Positions 49,806-59,117 of a DNA stretch of 64,000 nt are shown here, one piece after another. The stretch is from Oceanispirochaeta sp. (GTDB lineage: Bacteria > Spirochaetota > Spirochaetia > DSM-2461). The notes beneath the pieces were generated by a model. The model worked only from the letters and a program-made list of their open reading frames with translations. It did no database searches and was not told where the DNA came from. The stretch spans positions 1,120,001-1,184,000 of the forward strand of contig CAXXOA010000002.1 in NCBI GenBank assembly GCA_963666275.2, written 5' to 3'. Made by a program: the position numbers and the translations under genes. Every line of letters begins with the position of its first letter. Position 1 is the stretch's first letter.

Positions 49806-49979
49806 ACATAACTATCTGATCACCTGCACCCCGGCCTGGCCGCAGGACAGGTATTGGCGTTCTTCTTGCCAACATGGTAAAACATCTCTACTATATTGAG
49901 AAGCGATTATTTACTATTGGGTTGGAATATCTGCAAGAAGCATGACAATAGGGGAGACAGGTGCATCAGCATGTTATGT
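49806..49979 (-). repeat. Intact attC site (attC4, 174 bp)
   Basis: Minus strand ACATAAC..TGATGCACCTG...CAGGTGATCA..GTTATGT; one extra base in L''. Confidence 0.85.
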
Positions 49980-50075
49980 GAGCGTCCTTGCAGCAGTTTT
50001 GCCCCGAGCGACGTATCACTTTCTAATGTTAATAATCAGATTTCTCTCAGCAATTGCTATAAGTTGGGTATAAGT

Positions 50076-50525
50076 TTGAAGATTAAAAATATCATCACAA
50101 TTGTTACGGTATTAATATTACTCTCGATTTTTGGATATAAAGAAATTCAGAAGAAAATTGCTCTAAAGTATATACAGACAAGATCTTTCCAAGTAAGCAC
50201 AATTAGTGATCTATCTGGGAATTTTAAAAGAATAGATAATGATTACTTTTCGGATTGGATAAATTTTATACTGAAGGAATCAGAAATAAGTGAAGATGCT
50301 CCTGAGAAAGGAGAATTGCATCCTTTTGTAATAGTTCATTTCACCACGAATGATAAATACTCTGTTTTTGTAAAAGTCGATACTAAACGAGATAAAGTTT
50401 ACTCACACATTTATAAATCCAGAGGTGCACCTGTCTTGAATCTAGTATATTCGGAACAAAACGAGGAACATACATATGAAATGTGGAGTCAAATGATTAA
50501 TGAGATTCGAAATTTTGATAATTAA
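50076..50525 (+). CDS. Hypothetical membrane-anchored protein (cassette 4, inverted; start uncertain)
   Basis: N-terminal TM segment; AT-rich. Confidence 0.55.
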   Translation: MKIKNIITIVTVLILLSIFGYKEIQKKIALKYIQTRSFQVSTISDLSGNFKRIDNDYFSDWINFILKESEISEDAPEKGELHPFVIVHFTTNDKYSVFVKVDTKRDKVYSHIYKSRGAPVLNLVYSEQNEEHTYEMWSQMINEIRNFDN

Positions 50526-50822
50526 ATTATGCTGCCAATAATGTCCGTTCTGTCTATTCATAGATTCTATGATGAGCTACTGTTAACTTAACTTTTTCAG
50601 CCAAGGGGTTATTCAATGGTGACAGAATATGACATTTCTAATATTCTACCTAGACTCACAGGGGCATTAAAAAAGATTTATGATAAAGTAAATCAAGCAT
50701 TAATAGCTGCCAAGTTCTCATAATATCTATTCTTTTTAGTGGAGATAAAGTAACCGTCAATTTCTTATGCCCTACGATGTAATCTGAATTCCATGCACAA
50801 TTTCTACAAGGAGATTTACTGC

Positions 50823-51131
50823 ATGGAAAAAAAAGACATTTGGAAACGAAAAATCAATGAATGGGAGAAGAGCAGTTTAAACCGAACAGAGTTCTGCCTG
50901 AAGAATAGCATCCCCGTTTCAACCTTCGACTATTGGAGAATGAAAATCCGCAAGGAATCAGCAGTAGAGAAGGAAAAAGGGCTTGTGAGGATTCCAGTAG
51001 TTTTGAAGGCGTCTACAGGAAGCCCATTTTCAATCGAATACCCCTCCGGGCATAAGATCAATATTCCATCAGATTACGATTCTCATTCGCTGATTCGTCT
51101 TGTCGCCGATTTAAAAGAGATCCTAAAATGA
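50823..51131 (+). CDS. tnpA: IS66 TnpA
   Basis: WEKSSLNRTEFC...STFDYWR. Confidence 0.85.
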   Translation: MEKKDIWKRKINEWEKSSLNRTEFCLKNSIPVSTFDYWRMKIRKESAVEKEKGLVRIPVVLKASTGSPFSIEYPSGHKINIPSDYDSHSLIRLVADLKEILK

Positions 51132-51475
51132 TTCCGGATTTTACCAGCATTCAAATCTACGTCAGACCTGGTATCACCGATATGCGGAAACAGGTCAATG
51201 GTTTATCCATTATCACCCAGGAGGAAATGGAACTTAACCCTGGTTCCGGTTGCCTTTTCCTCTTTTGCAGCCGGGACCGCAAGCTGATAAAGTGCATTTA
51301 CTGGGATCGCAACGGATTCTGTCTCTGGCAGAAGCGCCTGGAAAAAGGAAAATACCCCTGGCCGGATTCAGAAGAGCAAGCCAGGCAGATATCCCAGGAA
51401 CAGTTGAAAATGCTCCTGGAAGGTATTGACTTCTGGCATACTCATCAAACTCTCAGTTATGAAGAGATTGTCTAA
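51128..51475 (+). CDS. tnpB: IS66 TnpB accessory protein
   Basis: TDMRKQVNGL, LFLFC, YWDRNGFCLWQKRLEKG. Confidence 0.93.
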   Translation: MIPDFTSIQIYVRPGITDMRKQVNGLSIITQEEMELNPGSGCLFLFCSRDRKLIKCIYWDRNGFCLWQKRLEKGKYPWPDSEEQARQISQEQLKMLLEGIDFWHTHQTLSYEEIV

Positions 51476-51516
51476 ACCATCTTCCCAATGGAATTCAAAC
51501 ATGTTAGAATTTTCTC

Positions 51517-53058
51517 ATGGACTTGGCGGAGATACAAAAATCACCAGAGAAAGCACTTGAACTCATCCAGAGTATGTCTGGTCAGATTGAGCAATTAACA
51601 GAAGAACTCCGCCTGGCTCTTCATCGCAAGTTTGGACGTTCCAGCGAGAAAATCGATCCTAACCAGAAGGAACTGTTTGAAGAAGAGGCTCCTTCTGAGG
51701 AAGAATTCGCAGCAGATGATCAGATAACAGTTCCCGCACATAGCCGAACAAAGGCAGGACGAAAGCCTTTGGACAGCAACATCCCCCGGGAGGACATCAT
51801 CCATGACATTCCCGAAGAGGAAAAGATCTGCGGCTGCGGGCATCAACTGGATAAGATTGATGAGATTGTCAGTGAAAGGCTTCAGCATATCCCCGAGCAG
51901 ATATACGTGGAGCGTCATATCCGTTACAAGTATGCCTGCCGGAACTGTGAGGGTTCCGGTGATGAAGACAAACCGGTTTTCAGAGTAGCCCCGGCGGCTC
52001 CTTCCATCCTTCCCGGTAGTATCGTTACTTCGGGGCTTTTAGCCTTTATCTTGGTGAATAAGTTCTGTGATCATCTGCCGTTTTACAGGCAGGAGAAGCG
52101 CTTTGAGCGTATCGGCGCTCATATCAGCCGCCAAGACATGTCCAATTGGACAAATAAATCAGCAGAAAGGCTCCAATTCCTTATGGATATGTTTAGGAAG
52201 AAGATCAAAGAAGGCCCTGTTATCCAGATGGATGAAACCACAGTGCAGGTTCTGGGAGAAGAAAACCGTCCGGACACCTCAAAATCCTACATGTGGCTTG
52301 CCCGGGGAGGGCCTCCGGACTCACCCCTTGTGATCTACGACTACCATGAAACAAGAAGTTCTCAGCATGCCAAGGCGTTTTTGGAGGGATATTCGGGATA
52401 TCTCCAGACTGACGGCTATCAGGCTTATGAAACGGCACTGGACGGCAACGAAGATATCATTCATGTCGGTTGTCTGGCACATGCCCGTCGGAAATTTGTA
52501 GATGCCGCGAAGGCTTCAAAGAAAGCCGGAAGCGCTCAAATTGCTGTAAAGAAAATCAGAGATATTTACCGGATTGAAAGTAATCTCCGGGATGAGCATT
52601 TGGATGATATGAAGTTCTTGAACAGGAGAAAAGAGCTGGTTCAGCCGCTTCTGGATGACCTCAAATCCTGGCTGGATGACAAGGCTGAAAAGGTTAGGCC
52701 GTCTACGGCGACGGGAAAAGCGATAGCCTATATCTTGGGCCAGTGGGAGAAAATCGTCCGTTTTATTGAGTCTCCCTACCTGACGCCGGATAACAATGCC
52801 GCTGAACGGGCGATTAAACCTTTTGTGGTTGGTCGGAAAAACTGGCTGTTCTCCGGATCTCCGAGGGGTGCTAAATCCAGTAGTCTCTTTTACTCTTTGA
52901 TTGAGACGGCGAAAGTGAATGATCTGAATCCCTATGGATATCTATGGTGGATATTCGATCAGGTCGCAGTCATGGAAGATGATTTTGACAAAGAAAAACT
53001 GCTTCCCTGGAACTGTGACCGGGAAGCTATTCAGAAAAGGGCTTTCAAGGGCCTGTAG
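51517..53058 (+). CDS. tnpC: IS66 TnpC DDE transposase
   Basis: KFGRSSE, MDET, QTDGY, CLAHARRKF, DNNAAERAIK. Confidence 0.95.
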   Translation: MDLAEIQKSPEKALELIQSMSGQIEQLTEELRLALHRKFGRSSEKIDPNQKELFEEEAPSEEEFAADDQITVPAHSRTKAGRKPLDSNIPREDIIHDIPEEEKICGCGHQLDKIDEIVSERLQHIPEQIYVERHIRYKYACRNCEGSGDEDKPVFRVAPAAPSILPGSIVTSGLLAFILVNKFCDHLPFYRQEKRFERIGAHISRQDMSNWTNKSAERLQFLMDMFRKKIKEGPVIQMDETTVQVLGEENRPDTSKSYMWLARGGPPDSPLVIYDYHETRSSQHAKAFLEGYSGYLQTDGYQAYETALDGNEDIIHVGCLAHARRKFVDAAKASKKAGSAQIAVKKIRDIYRIESNLRDEHLDDMKFLNRRKELVQPLLDDLKSWLDDKAEKVRPSTATGKAIAYILGQWEKIVRFIESPYLTPDNNAAERAIKPFVVGRKNWLFSGSPRGAKSSSLFYSLIETAKVNDLNPYGYLWWIFDQVAVMEDDFDKEKLLPWNCDREAIQKRAFKGL

Positions 53059-53081
53059 TTTTGACGGTTACGAGATAAATT

Positions 53082-53615
53082 ATGAAAAAAACTTTCTATT
53101 CTATTTTTTTCATTTTCATCATATTGATTCAATGTTTTAGCCAGGACTCTTCTGTAATTGATACACTAAAATCAGAATGGAGCAAGTATAATTATGAAGA
53201 AGAGGCTACTATTTGTAATCTTGAAATGAAGAGTATTGGGCAATATATATTCAGTGAAGGTTCTTTTAATATTAATCTGACAGTACAAGCTAATAAAAAA
53301 ATCTATTTCGAACTTAACAGATCTTGGGATCAAGAATTTTTAGAGGAATTTCCAGATGTACCAGTTCCTTACCTTTCTTTTTATGAGTTAAAGGAACCGT
53401 TTGAATCTGTACCGCCGTATATCTTAAATCAATATATTAAGGTTCGTCATAAGAATGTTAATTTTGAAAGTCCTGAGTATTTTGAGTTACAAAAGGATTT
53501 TCTTGATTACGTGACTCATTACTCAGGAACAGTCTTAAGAAAAAGTGAAATAGACTCATCCTTGTATATATATTATCCTCCCATTGATGAATTTATTCTG
53601 ATATGGGCTCCATAA
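53082..53615 (+). CDS. Hypothetical secreted protein (cassette 4, inverted)
   Basis: Signal peptide; AT-rich. Confidence 0.7.
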   Translation: MKKTFYSIFFIFIILIQCFSQDSSVIDTLKSEWSKYNYEEEATICNLEMKSIGQYIFSEGSFNINLTVQANKKIYFELNRSWDQEFLEEFPDVPVPYLSFYELKEPFESVPPYILNQYIKVRHKNVNFESPEYFELQKDFLDYVTHYSGTVLRKSEIDSSLYIYYPPIDEFILIWAP

Positions 53616-53748
53616 ATGATGTCGATTTTGTCGGAAATATAATTACTTAACACAGCAGCGAAATTACACTGCCGATAATCGCCTATTCTATCACTTTAGA
53701 AATTTTTATTAACAGAATTATACTGAAAATTACGTATATTTTGAGTCC

Positions 53749-53876
53749 ACATAACATCAAAATATGCTGCGCAGCGGCCTGGCTTGCCAGGTATAGGCGC
53801 TTTGCTTCCGACCCGTGCGGACCCGCATGCTCATTTGGTGTGGGGGCTGGAGGTTTAAAGCCTCCGGCTACCCGAT
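53749..53876 (-). repeat. Chimeric site: attC R' arm (53749-53805) fused to intron DV-DVI remnant (~53808-53876)
   Basis: ACATAAC core and 46-bp arm, then CCCGTGCGGACCCGCATGC...GGCTACCCGAT. Confidence 0.85.
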
Positions 53877-54761
53877 TTATGTGGATTTTTCAGGAATATA
53901 TTTCAACAATAATCCAAAATTTAACAGTCCAATTATTATTTGTAATATCACAATACCTCTTATTACCGAATTATTAGGTATTATATCTCCATATCCCGTT
54001 GTTGTACTTGTAACAAAACTAAAATACTGAAAATCAATAAAATTTAAATGATTTGATCTCTGGGAATGGATTTCTATCCATAATTCTGGAAACCGAGCTC
54101 GTAGATTTCGAAAATCCTTTTCTTTAGAATCAAAAATCTGCCGATGATTATTTACTTCTTTTTCTAACGCATTAATTTCTGATAATAATTCTGGGTCACC
54201 AAAAGAGGATAAATTTTTCAAAGCAAAATCAAAAATATTAATTCTTTCATTTGCTAATTCTAGTTTTAGTTCGGCAACTGCAACATCATGTTTGGCTATA
54301 TCTAGTACATTCTCTAAATTTAGCTTTTCATTTTGCAATATATTTATGTTACCTTCTATTTCAGATGTTCTTAATGTAACAAAAGAATCAATACCATCAT
54401 TTACTGTTTGGTTGTACCTAGTGCTTAATTCTTTCAACTCATTCTCGCTTTCAACTATTAATGCATCTAATTCTTCAATTTCGATAATTAACTTATTAAT
54501 TTCATCAATATATAGATTTATTTCGGATGAATATTCTAATAAATCTTTTTCTGAGATTTCCTTAGTTGAAAAATTATTCTCATAGGAATCTCGAATCATA
54601 TTTAAAGGATTCAGATTTATCTCATAATTATATAAAAAATTACACGGGTCATATTTGAAACAAGCAAAATATATTATTCCAAAAATGAACTGCATAATTA
54701 CAAAAGCCAATAAAAAGTTAATCCACTTATTCTGTTTATAAAATTCAGACATAGTTCTCAT
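53877..54761 (-). CDS. 2TM potassium-channel-domain protein with coiled-coil insertion (cassette 3)
   Basis: YFSFVTSTTTGYGDIIP filter; N- and C-terminal TM helices. Confidence 0.8.
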   Translation of the reverse strand: MRTMSEFYKQNKWINFLLAFVIMQFIFGIIYFACFKYDPCNFLYNYEINLNPLNMIRDSYENNFSTKEISEKDLLEYSSEINLYIDEINKLIIEIEELDALIVESENELKELSTRYNQTVNDGIDSFVTLRTSEIEGNINILQNEKLNLENVLDIAKHDVAVAELKLELANERINIFDFALKNLSSFGDPELLSEINALEKEVNNHRQIFDSKEKDFRNLRARFPELWIEIHSQRSNHLNFIDFQYFSFVTSTTTGYGDIIPNNSVIRGIVILQIIIGLLNFGLLLKYIPEKST

Positions 54762-54775
54762 ATTTTATCCTTCTA

Positions 54776-55951
54776 CTATTCACTAACATTAAAAAAAGAG
54801 GAAATAAGAATAACGTCCTCATCACTTAGAATATCGTTATGCTCTAAAAACACAGCCTCATCCAAAATATGAAAAACGGAAATGAATGCTTCATCATATT
54901 TTTGATTCATTGGAGCATCCGATTTTTGAAAATCATCAAAGTCACAGCTTTGCCATGACGTTATTGTTCTCTTAGTCGTTCTATTAGTAAAATACATCCT
55001 TAACCCGTTAATGGTATAGAATTTTGTAATCTTACTACATGTTTGAATAGATTTTATTGCACTACATTCTTTCTTATTAAGAAGATGTTCTTGTCTAAGA
55101 ATTTCATTTATTTTTGTTGTATCAATATATTGATTTTTTATTACGTAATTTATTGCTTCTGATTGTTTTTCAAAATCCATAAAATAGACATAATGTTGAA
55201 TATACAGCTCTGTATTTTTGTAATTCTTGATATGTTCTTCACCAATATATTTTGAAATAAAATTATCTGAATAAGCAGATGTTACTGTATCTCCAGTTCT
55301 ATAATATATCTCTTCATCATTAAGTAGTATTGGAAAAGGATCGATTGATAATCTCATAATTGCAACTGTTCCAATACAATCCTTTAAATACGATTCAAAC
55401 TTATTTGTAAATATATCATTATCTAGATAATTATGGTTAATAGAGTGATTTCTACTCGAATAAAATTTATCAAATCCTTGTTTATGGACGAACTTATTTA
55501 TTTTTTTCTTGGTATTGTCTATATGATCGAAAAAGAGTTGTAATTTCTCTTTTATATCTTTAAATACAGTTTCATTCGCTTCTAAGTATTTTTGCATTTG
55601 CTGATACATAGGAAAATGTTCTTCTGATTTCCATTTCTCAAGTTCATTGTTACTTTTTTGATCTTGATTTTCAATTATATACATCATAGTCATAGAGACT
55701 TCAATTGATTGTCTAAGTGAATAGTAGGCACAATCAAAATAACCTAATTCAAACAATGTAATAGCATTTTTTATCAGGTTACATGCTTCAACTATGAATG
55801 TATTTGCAATCCATGCATCTACTCGACCAGTATGACTTTGTTCAATATTTGCTATATCAATTATATAGTCTTTCTTAGACGCGAGTTCAATAGGTATTAA
55901 ATGTCCACTTTCTCTAAATTTCGTATAATCCATTCCATACCTTTTTTCCAC
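54776..55951 (-). CDS. Hypothetical protein, possibly HEPN-like (cassette 3; start uncertain)
   Basis: AYYSLRQSIE ... INKFVH. Confidence 0.6.
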   Translation of the reverse strand: MEKRYGMDYTKFRESGHLIPIELASKKDYIIDIANIEQSHTGRVDAWIANTFIVEACNLIKNAITLFELGYFDCAYYSLRQSIEVSMTMMYIIENQDQKSNNELEKWKSEEHFPMYQQMQKYLEANETVFKDIKEKLQLFFDHIDNTKKKINKFVHKQGFDKFYSSRNHSINHNYLDNDIFTNKFESYLKDCIGTVAIMRLSIDPFPILLNDEEIYYRTGDTVTSAYSDNFISKYIGEEHIKNYKNTELYIQHYVYFMDFEKQSEAINYVIKNQYIDTTKINEILRQEHLLNKKECSAIKSIQTCSKITKFYTINGLRMYFTNRTTKRTITSWQSCDFDDFQKSDAPMNQKYDEAFISVFHILDEAVFLEHNDILSDEDVILISSFFNVSE

Positions 55952-56051
55952 ATAACGTCGATTTCACCTGTTCGTCGTAAATGGCGTAATTACTGCAAGC
56001 GAAGCTGAATAGCAGTAATTATGACATAGACGAATCTGGTGCAAATCCTTG
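55950..56051 (-). repeat. attC2, split by the intron (rest at 58041-58046)
   Basis: Removing the intron gives ATATAA|CAAGGATTTGCACC...GGTGAAATCGACGTTATGT. Confidence 0.9.
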
Positions 56052-58040
56052 GTACGCCCGACATGGCAATAAACTTATGAGGTGAAAGTCCTCTACAGCT
56101 ACCCACGTATAGTAAACATGCTATACCAACTGTTAGCCGACGGCAAGGGCAATTCCGTGAGGAATTGTCTGGAGGAAGCCTGAGTGCAAAACCGGGAGCC
56201 CATGCACAAGAATGTGATAGAAGGCCCAGTTCCGGAGGCGAGTCAGCCAATGATGACGATGCCCCGTGGGTGAGGGATAGGGTAAATCACAGGGTTGTCC
56301 GGGGAATGTTTCTTGTCTTATTCGGGGAGATCTGTCTGCAAGGCGGTAACGTCGGTTTGACCGTGAGAATCCGGAGGATACCGGAGCAACAAGTCCAGGC
56401 CTATCAGGGGGTGACACTCTGATAAGGAGCCGTTTATACGGAACACAAAGAAGTCGTCACAGCGCTTCAAACCGGATGATACAGCGTCAGCAGGAGTAAT
56501 TCTACTGATAAGCGGACAGAAGTCAGCAGAAGGCATAGTAGCTAACGCCCGGAGTAATGTCCGGTTCATGGTGAAGGCCTGAACATTTCACAAGGAGGAG
56601 CCTTATGGTTCTCAAAGGAACAATTTCAGCTTATGCCGGAATCACTTTTGGCGGATCTTGGAGAAACCAGCCTTGAACGAATCTATGATGGCTTTGATTC
56701 TGTCGCAAGATAACATGCGTGATGCCTGGAAACGGGTCAAACGCAACGGTGGAAGTCCGGGGATTGATGATATATCAATCTCTCAATTTCCTGATTACCT
56801 CAAAAATCGGTGGCCAAGAATCAAACGAGCTTTGCTCAATGGGTACTATGTACCTTCTCCGGTGCTGAGGGTGGAAATCCCGAAGAAATCCGGAGGAAAA
56901 CGGATGCTGGGAATCCCGACAGTTCTAGACAGGGTTATCCAGCAAGCTATTTCACAGGTTCTGAACCCTATATTTGATCCGGATTTTTCGGAGTATAGCT
57001 ATGGTTTCAGACCGGGAAGATCGGCTCACGGAGCAGTGAAACAGGTAAACCAATATGTCAAATCCGGGTATAGATACGCCGTGGATCTGGACTTGGAAAA
57101 GTTCTTTGATACAGTGAATCATGATATACTGATGCATTTTGTGGCTGTAAAAGTCCGGGACAAATTTGTTCTCAGACTCATCGGCCGTTACCTGAGAGCC
57201 GGTATTCAGTTGGACAATGGAAAAGTGATTCCTACAGCAATCGGCACACCCCAAGGCGGGCCTTTATCACCTTTGCTTTCCAATATCCTCCTTGATCGGT
57301 TGGATATGGAACTGGAAAGAAGAAATGTACGGTTTGCACGGTATGCAGATGACACTATCCTTTTAACGAAGAGATTGTGTGATGCTAGGAAGATCCTAAA
57401 GGAAGTTTCAATATTTCTGGTAAGGAAATTGAAATTGGTAGTGAATCAGGGAAAAACGAAAGTTGCAAAGATAACGGAATGCAGCTTCCTGGGGTTCACA
57501 TTCAAGGGTAAGAAGATTCGCTGGACTGAGTCGTCTTTTGAGGATTTTCGGTATCAACTGAAATATCTGACAAGGCGTTCCTGGGGTGTTTCCATGGAAT
57601 ACAGAATCGGGAAACTCAATGAGTATATCCGGGGCTGGATGAACTACTATGGGATCTCCCAATATTACAGCCCTCTACAGAACCTTGATGACTGGCTCCG
57701 TAGGAGGATTCGCATGTGCTACTGGAAACAGTGGCGATATCCCAGAACGAAAGTCAGGAAACTGATGGAACTGGGAATTCCGAAAGATTTTGCCATTATC
57801 ACCGGTGCCAGTAGTAAATCCTATTGGCATCTCTCCAAGTCTTACGCTACCAATGCAGCTATGTCCAATAAATGGCTGGAAGAGCAGGGATTGGTCAATA
57901 TCAAATATCTGTGGTGTAAAGCCCAGGGATATATCTGATCAAATCAGGATTTCGTTTGCTCCATGGAGTGAACCGCCCCGTGCGGACCCGCATGCGGGGT
58001 GGTGTGGGGGCTGGAGGTTAAAAGCCTCCGGCTACCCGAT
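56052..58040 (+). mobile_element. Group II intron, class IIC-attC type
   Basis: 5' GTACGCCCGACATGG; DV GAACCGCCCCGTGCGGACCCGCATGCGGGGTGGTG; 3' CTACCCGAT; inserted at TTG|TTA opposite to the cassettes. Confidence 0.92.
56658..57938 (+). CDS. ltrA: Group II intron reverse transcriptase/maturase, no endonuclease domain
   Basis: RMLGIPTVLDR, SYGFRPGRS, GTPQGGPLSP, RYADD, RGWMNYY. Confidence 0.95.
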   Translation: MEKPALNESMMALILSQDNMRDAWKRVKRNGGSPGIDDISISQFPDYLKNRWPRIKRALLNGYYVPSPVLRVEIPKKSGGKRMLGIPTVLDRVIQQAISQVLNPIFDPDFSEYSYGFRPGRSAHGAVKQVNQYVKSGYRYAVDLDLEKFFDTVNHDILMHFVAVKVRDKFVLRLIGRYLRAGIQLDNGKVIPTAIGTPQGGPLSPLLSNILLDRLDMELERRNVRFARYADDTILLTKRLCDARKILKEVSIFLVRKLKLVVNQGKTKVAKITECSFLGFTFKGKKIRWTESSFEDFRYQLKYLTRRSWGVSMEYRIGKLNEYIRGWMNYYGISQYYSPLQNLDDWLRRRIRMCYWKQWRYPRTKVRKLMELGIPKDFAIITGASSKSYWHLSKSYATNAAMSNKWLEEQGLVNIKYLWCKAQGYI

Positions 58041-58550
58041 TTATATTTTATTTCTTTTATACCTATATCTAATCGATGAAGGAGTAAATCCCATTTTTTC
58101 ATAAAATCTAATCGCATCACTGTTGTTGGCAAATACAGATAAACGTATGTCATCTACACCTTTTTCATTGATCCAATCTAAGCCAAACTCGAATAATCTT
58201 TTTCCTATACCTCGATTTCTGAAATTTTTGGTGATAATAATATTTTCAATTGATGCATATTTTATTGGTATAAGATTTGTTATATTTGGTGTATCTAAAA
58301 TTTTAATTATAATTAATCCGAGGATTTCGCAATCTTTTTTGGCTATGAAATATGCATAATTAGACAGGTTGATATCTTTCTCAAGAGTTTCATCAGTTCG
58401 GCTATTATTTATTCCTGAGAAAATATCAGGATGAAGTAGATGGTGATAATAATCTCCTTCATCCAGCAGTTTCTTTATACCTTGTAAATCTTTTAATGAA
58501 GCGTTGTTTATTACTATTTCTTTGTTCTCTTCTACAATTGAACTCATCAA
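58041..58550 (-). CDS. GNAT acetyltransferase (cassette 2)
   Basis: FRNRGIGKRL; NSDAIRFYEKMGF. Confidence 0.9.
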   Translation of the reverse strand: MMSSIVEENKEIVINNASLKDLQGIKKLLDEGDYYHHLLHPDIFSGINNSRTDETLEKDINLSNYAYFIAKKDCEILGLIIIKILDTPNITNLIPIKYASIENIIITKNFRNRGIGKRLFEFGLDWINEKGVDDIRLSVFANNSDAIRFYEKMGFTPSSIRYRYKRNKI

Positions 58551-58583
58551 TATTTCCTTTAATAATGATTGTATTGAAAATGC

Positions 58584-58934
58584 CTATACGTAATTTTCCA
58601 ATTCTTCATTTAGGAGAAAATCTCCTTTATCATTCTTATTGAATGGATAATTTGCTATAACTGAATCAGTATTCAATTCACCATAAATGTGTGGGTATGT
58701 TCTCCCATAATTACCATCATCTTCCCATTTTATTTCGGCTTCTACCTTCTCTGTATCAATGCATAGCAAAACTAACTTTTCTTTAATGTGTAAAAAATGT
58801 GGTGCTACTCTCCAGAAATTCTCGATAGAAGAACAATGGATGAATCCGTTATTATCAATTAATTCCTTTCCATAATAGCTATTCCCTTTAACTTTGATCC
58901 ATTGATCTTCTGCTATACAATGAAGAATAATCAT
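58584..58934 (-). CDS. DUF952-family protein (cassette 2)
   Basis: GFIHCS; YPHIYGELN. Confidence 0.88.
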   Translation of the reverse strand: MIILHCIAEDQWIKVKGNSYYGKELIDNNGFIHCSSIENFWRVAPHFLHIKEKLVLLCIDTEKVEAEIKWEDDGNYGRTYPHIYGELNTDSVIANYPFNKNDKGDFLLNEELENYV

Positions 58935-58969
58935 ACTATTCCAATCTTTATAAATTTTTTTCTGTGTAA

Positions 58970-59078
58970 ATATAACGCCAAAATCACCTGCAGACCGTTA
59001 AGCTGGCGCAAATACTGCCGCGAAGCGAAAAGCAGTATTTGTGACAGTAGGGCTGTCAGGTGCATTTTCTGGTTCTAT
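58970..59078 (-). repeat. Intact attC site (attC1, 109 bp)
   Basis: Minus strand ATAGAAC..AAAATGCACCTG...CAGGTGATTTT..GTTATAT. Confidence 0.9.
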
Positions 59079-59117
59079 AGATGATTACAGAACGACTGAT
59101 CCGAATTTAAATAATTA

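Larger units (their letters stand above)
50750..53071 (+). mobile_element. IS66-family element, complete
   Basis: IRs GTAACCGTCAA / TTGACGGTTAC; 8-bp TSD GAGATAAA at 50742-50749 and 53072-53079. Confidence 0.95.

Noticed and set aside
49789..50075. N-terminal extensions of ORFs 48049-49875 and 49896-50525
   Set aside because: They run through attC4; better starts exist at 49788 and ~50076.
53741..54030. ORFs 53741-53977 and 53815-54030 (also 46634-46948, 57790-58104)
   Set aside because: They are translations of attC or intron RNA sequence.
56052..58040. RT as a retron, DGR or CRISPR-associated RT
   Set aside because: It has maturase domain X plus DV/DVI and exact intron boundaries. The duplicated 3' segment shows only two substitutions and no target gene, so it is not a convincing DGR TR/VR pair.
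58551..58583. attC between DUF952 and GNAT
   Set aside because: 33 bp with no hairpin or core sites; both genes belong to one cassette.
45052..59078. Repeats as a CRISPR array
   Set aside because: Repeats are kilobases apart, separate whole genes, and no cas genes are present.
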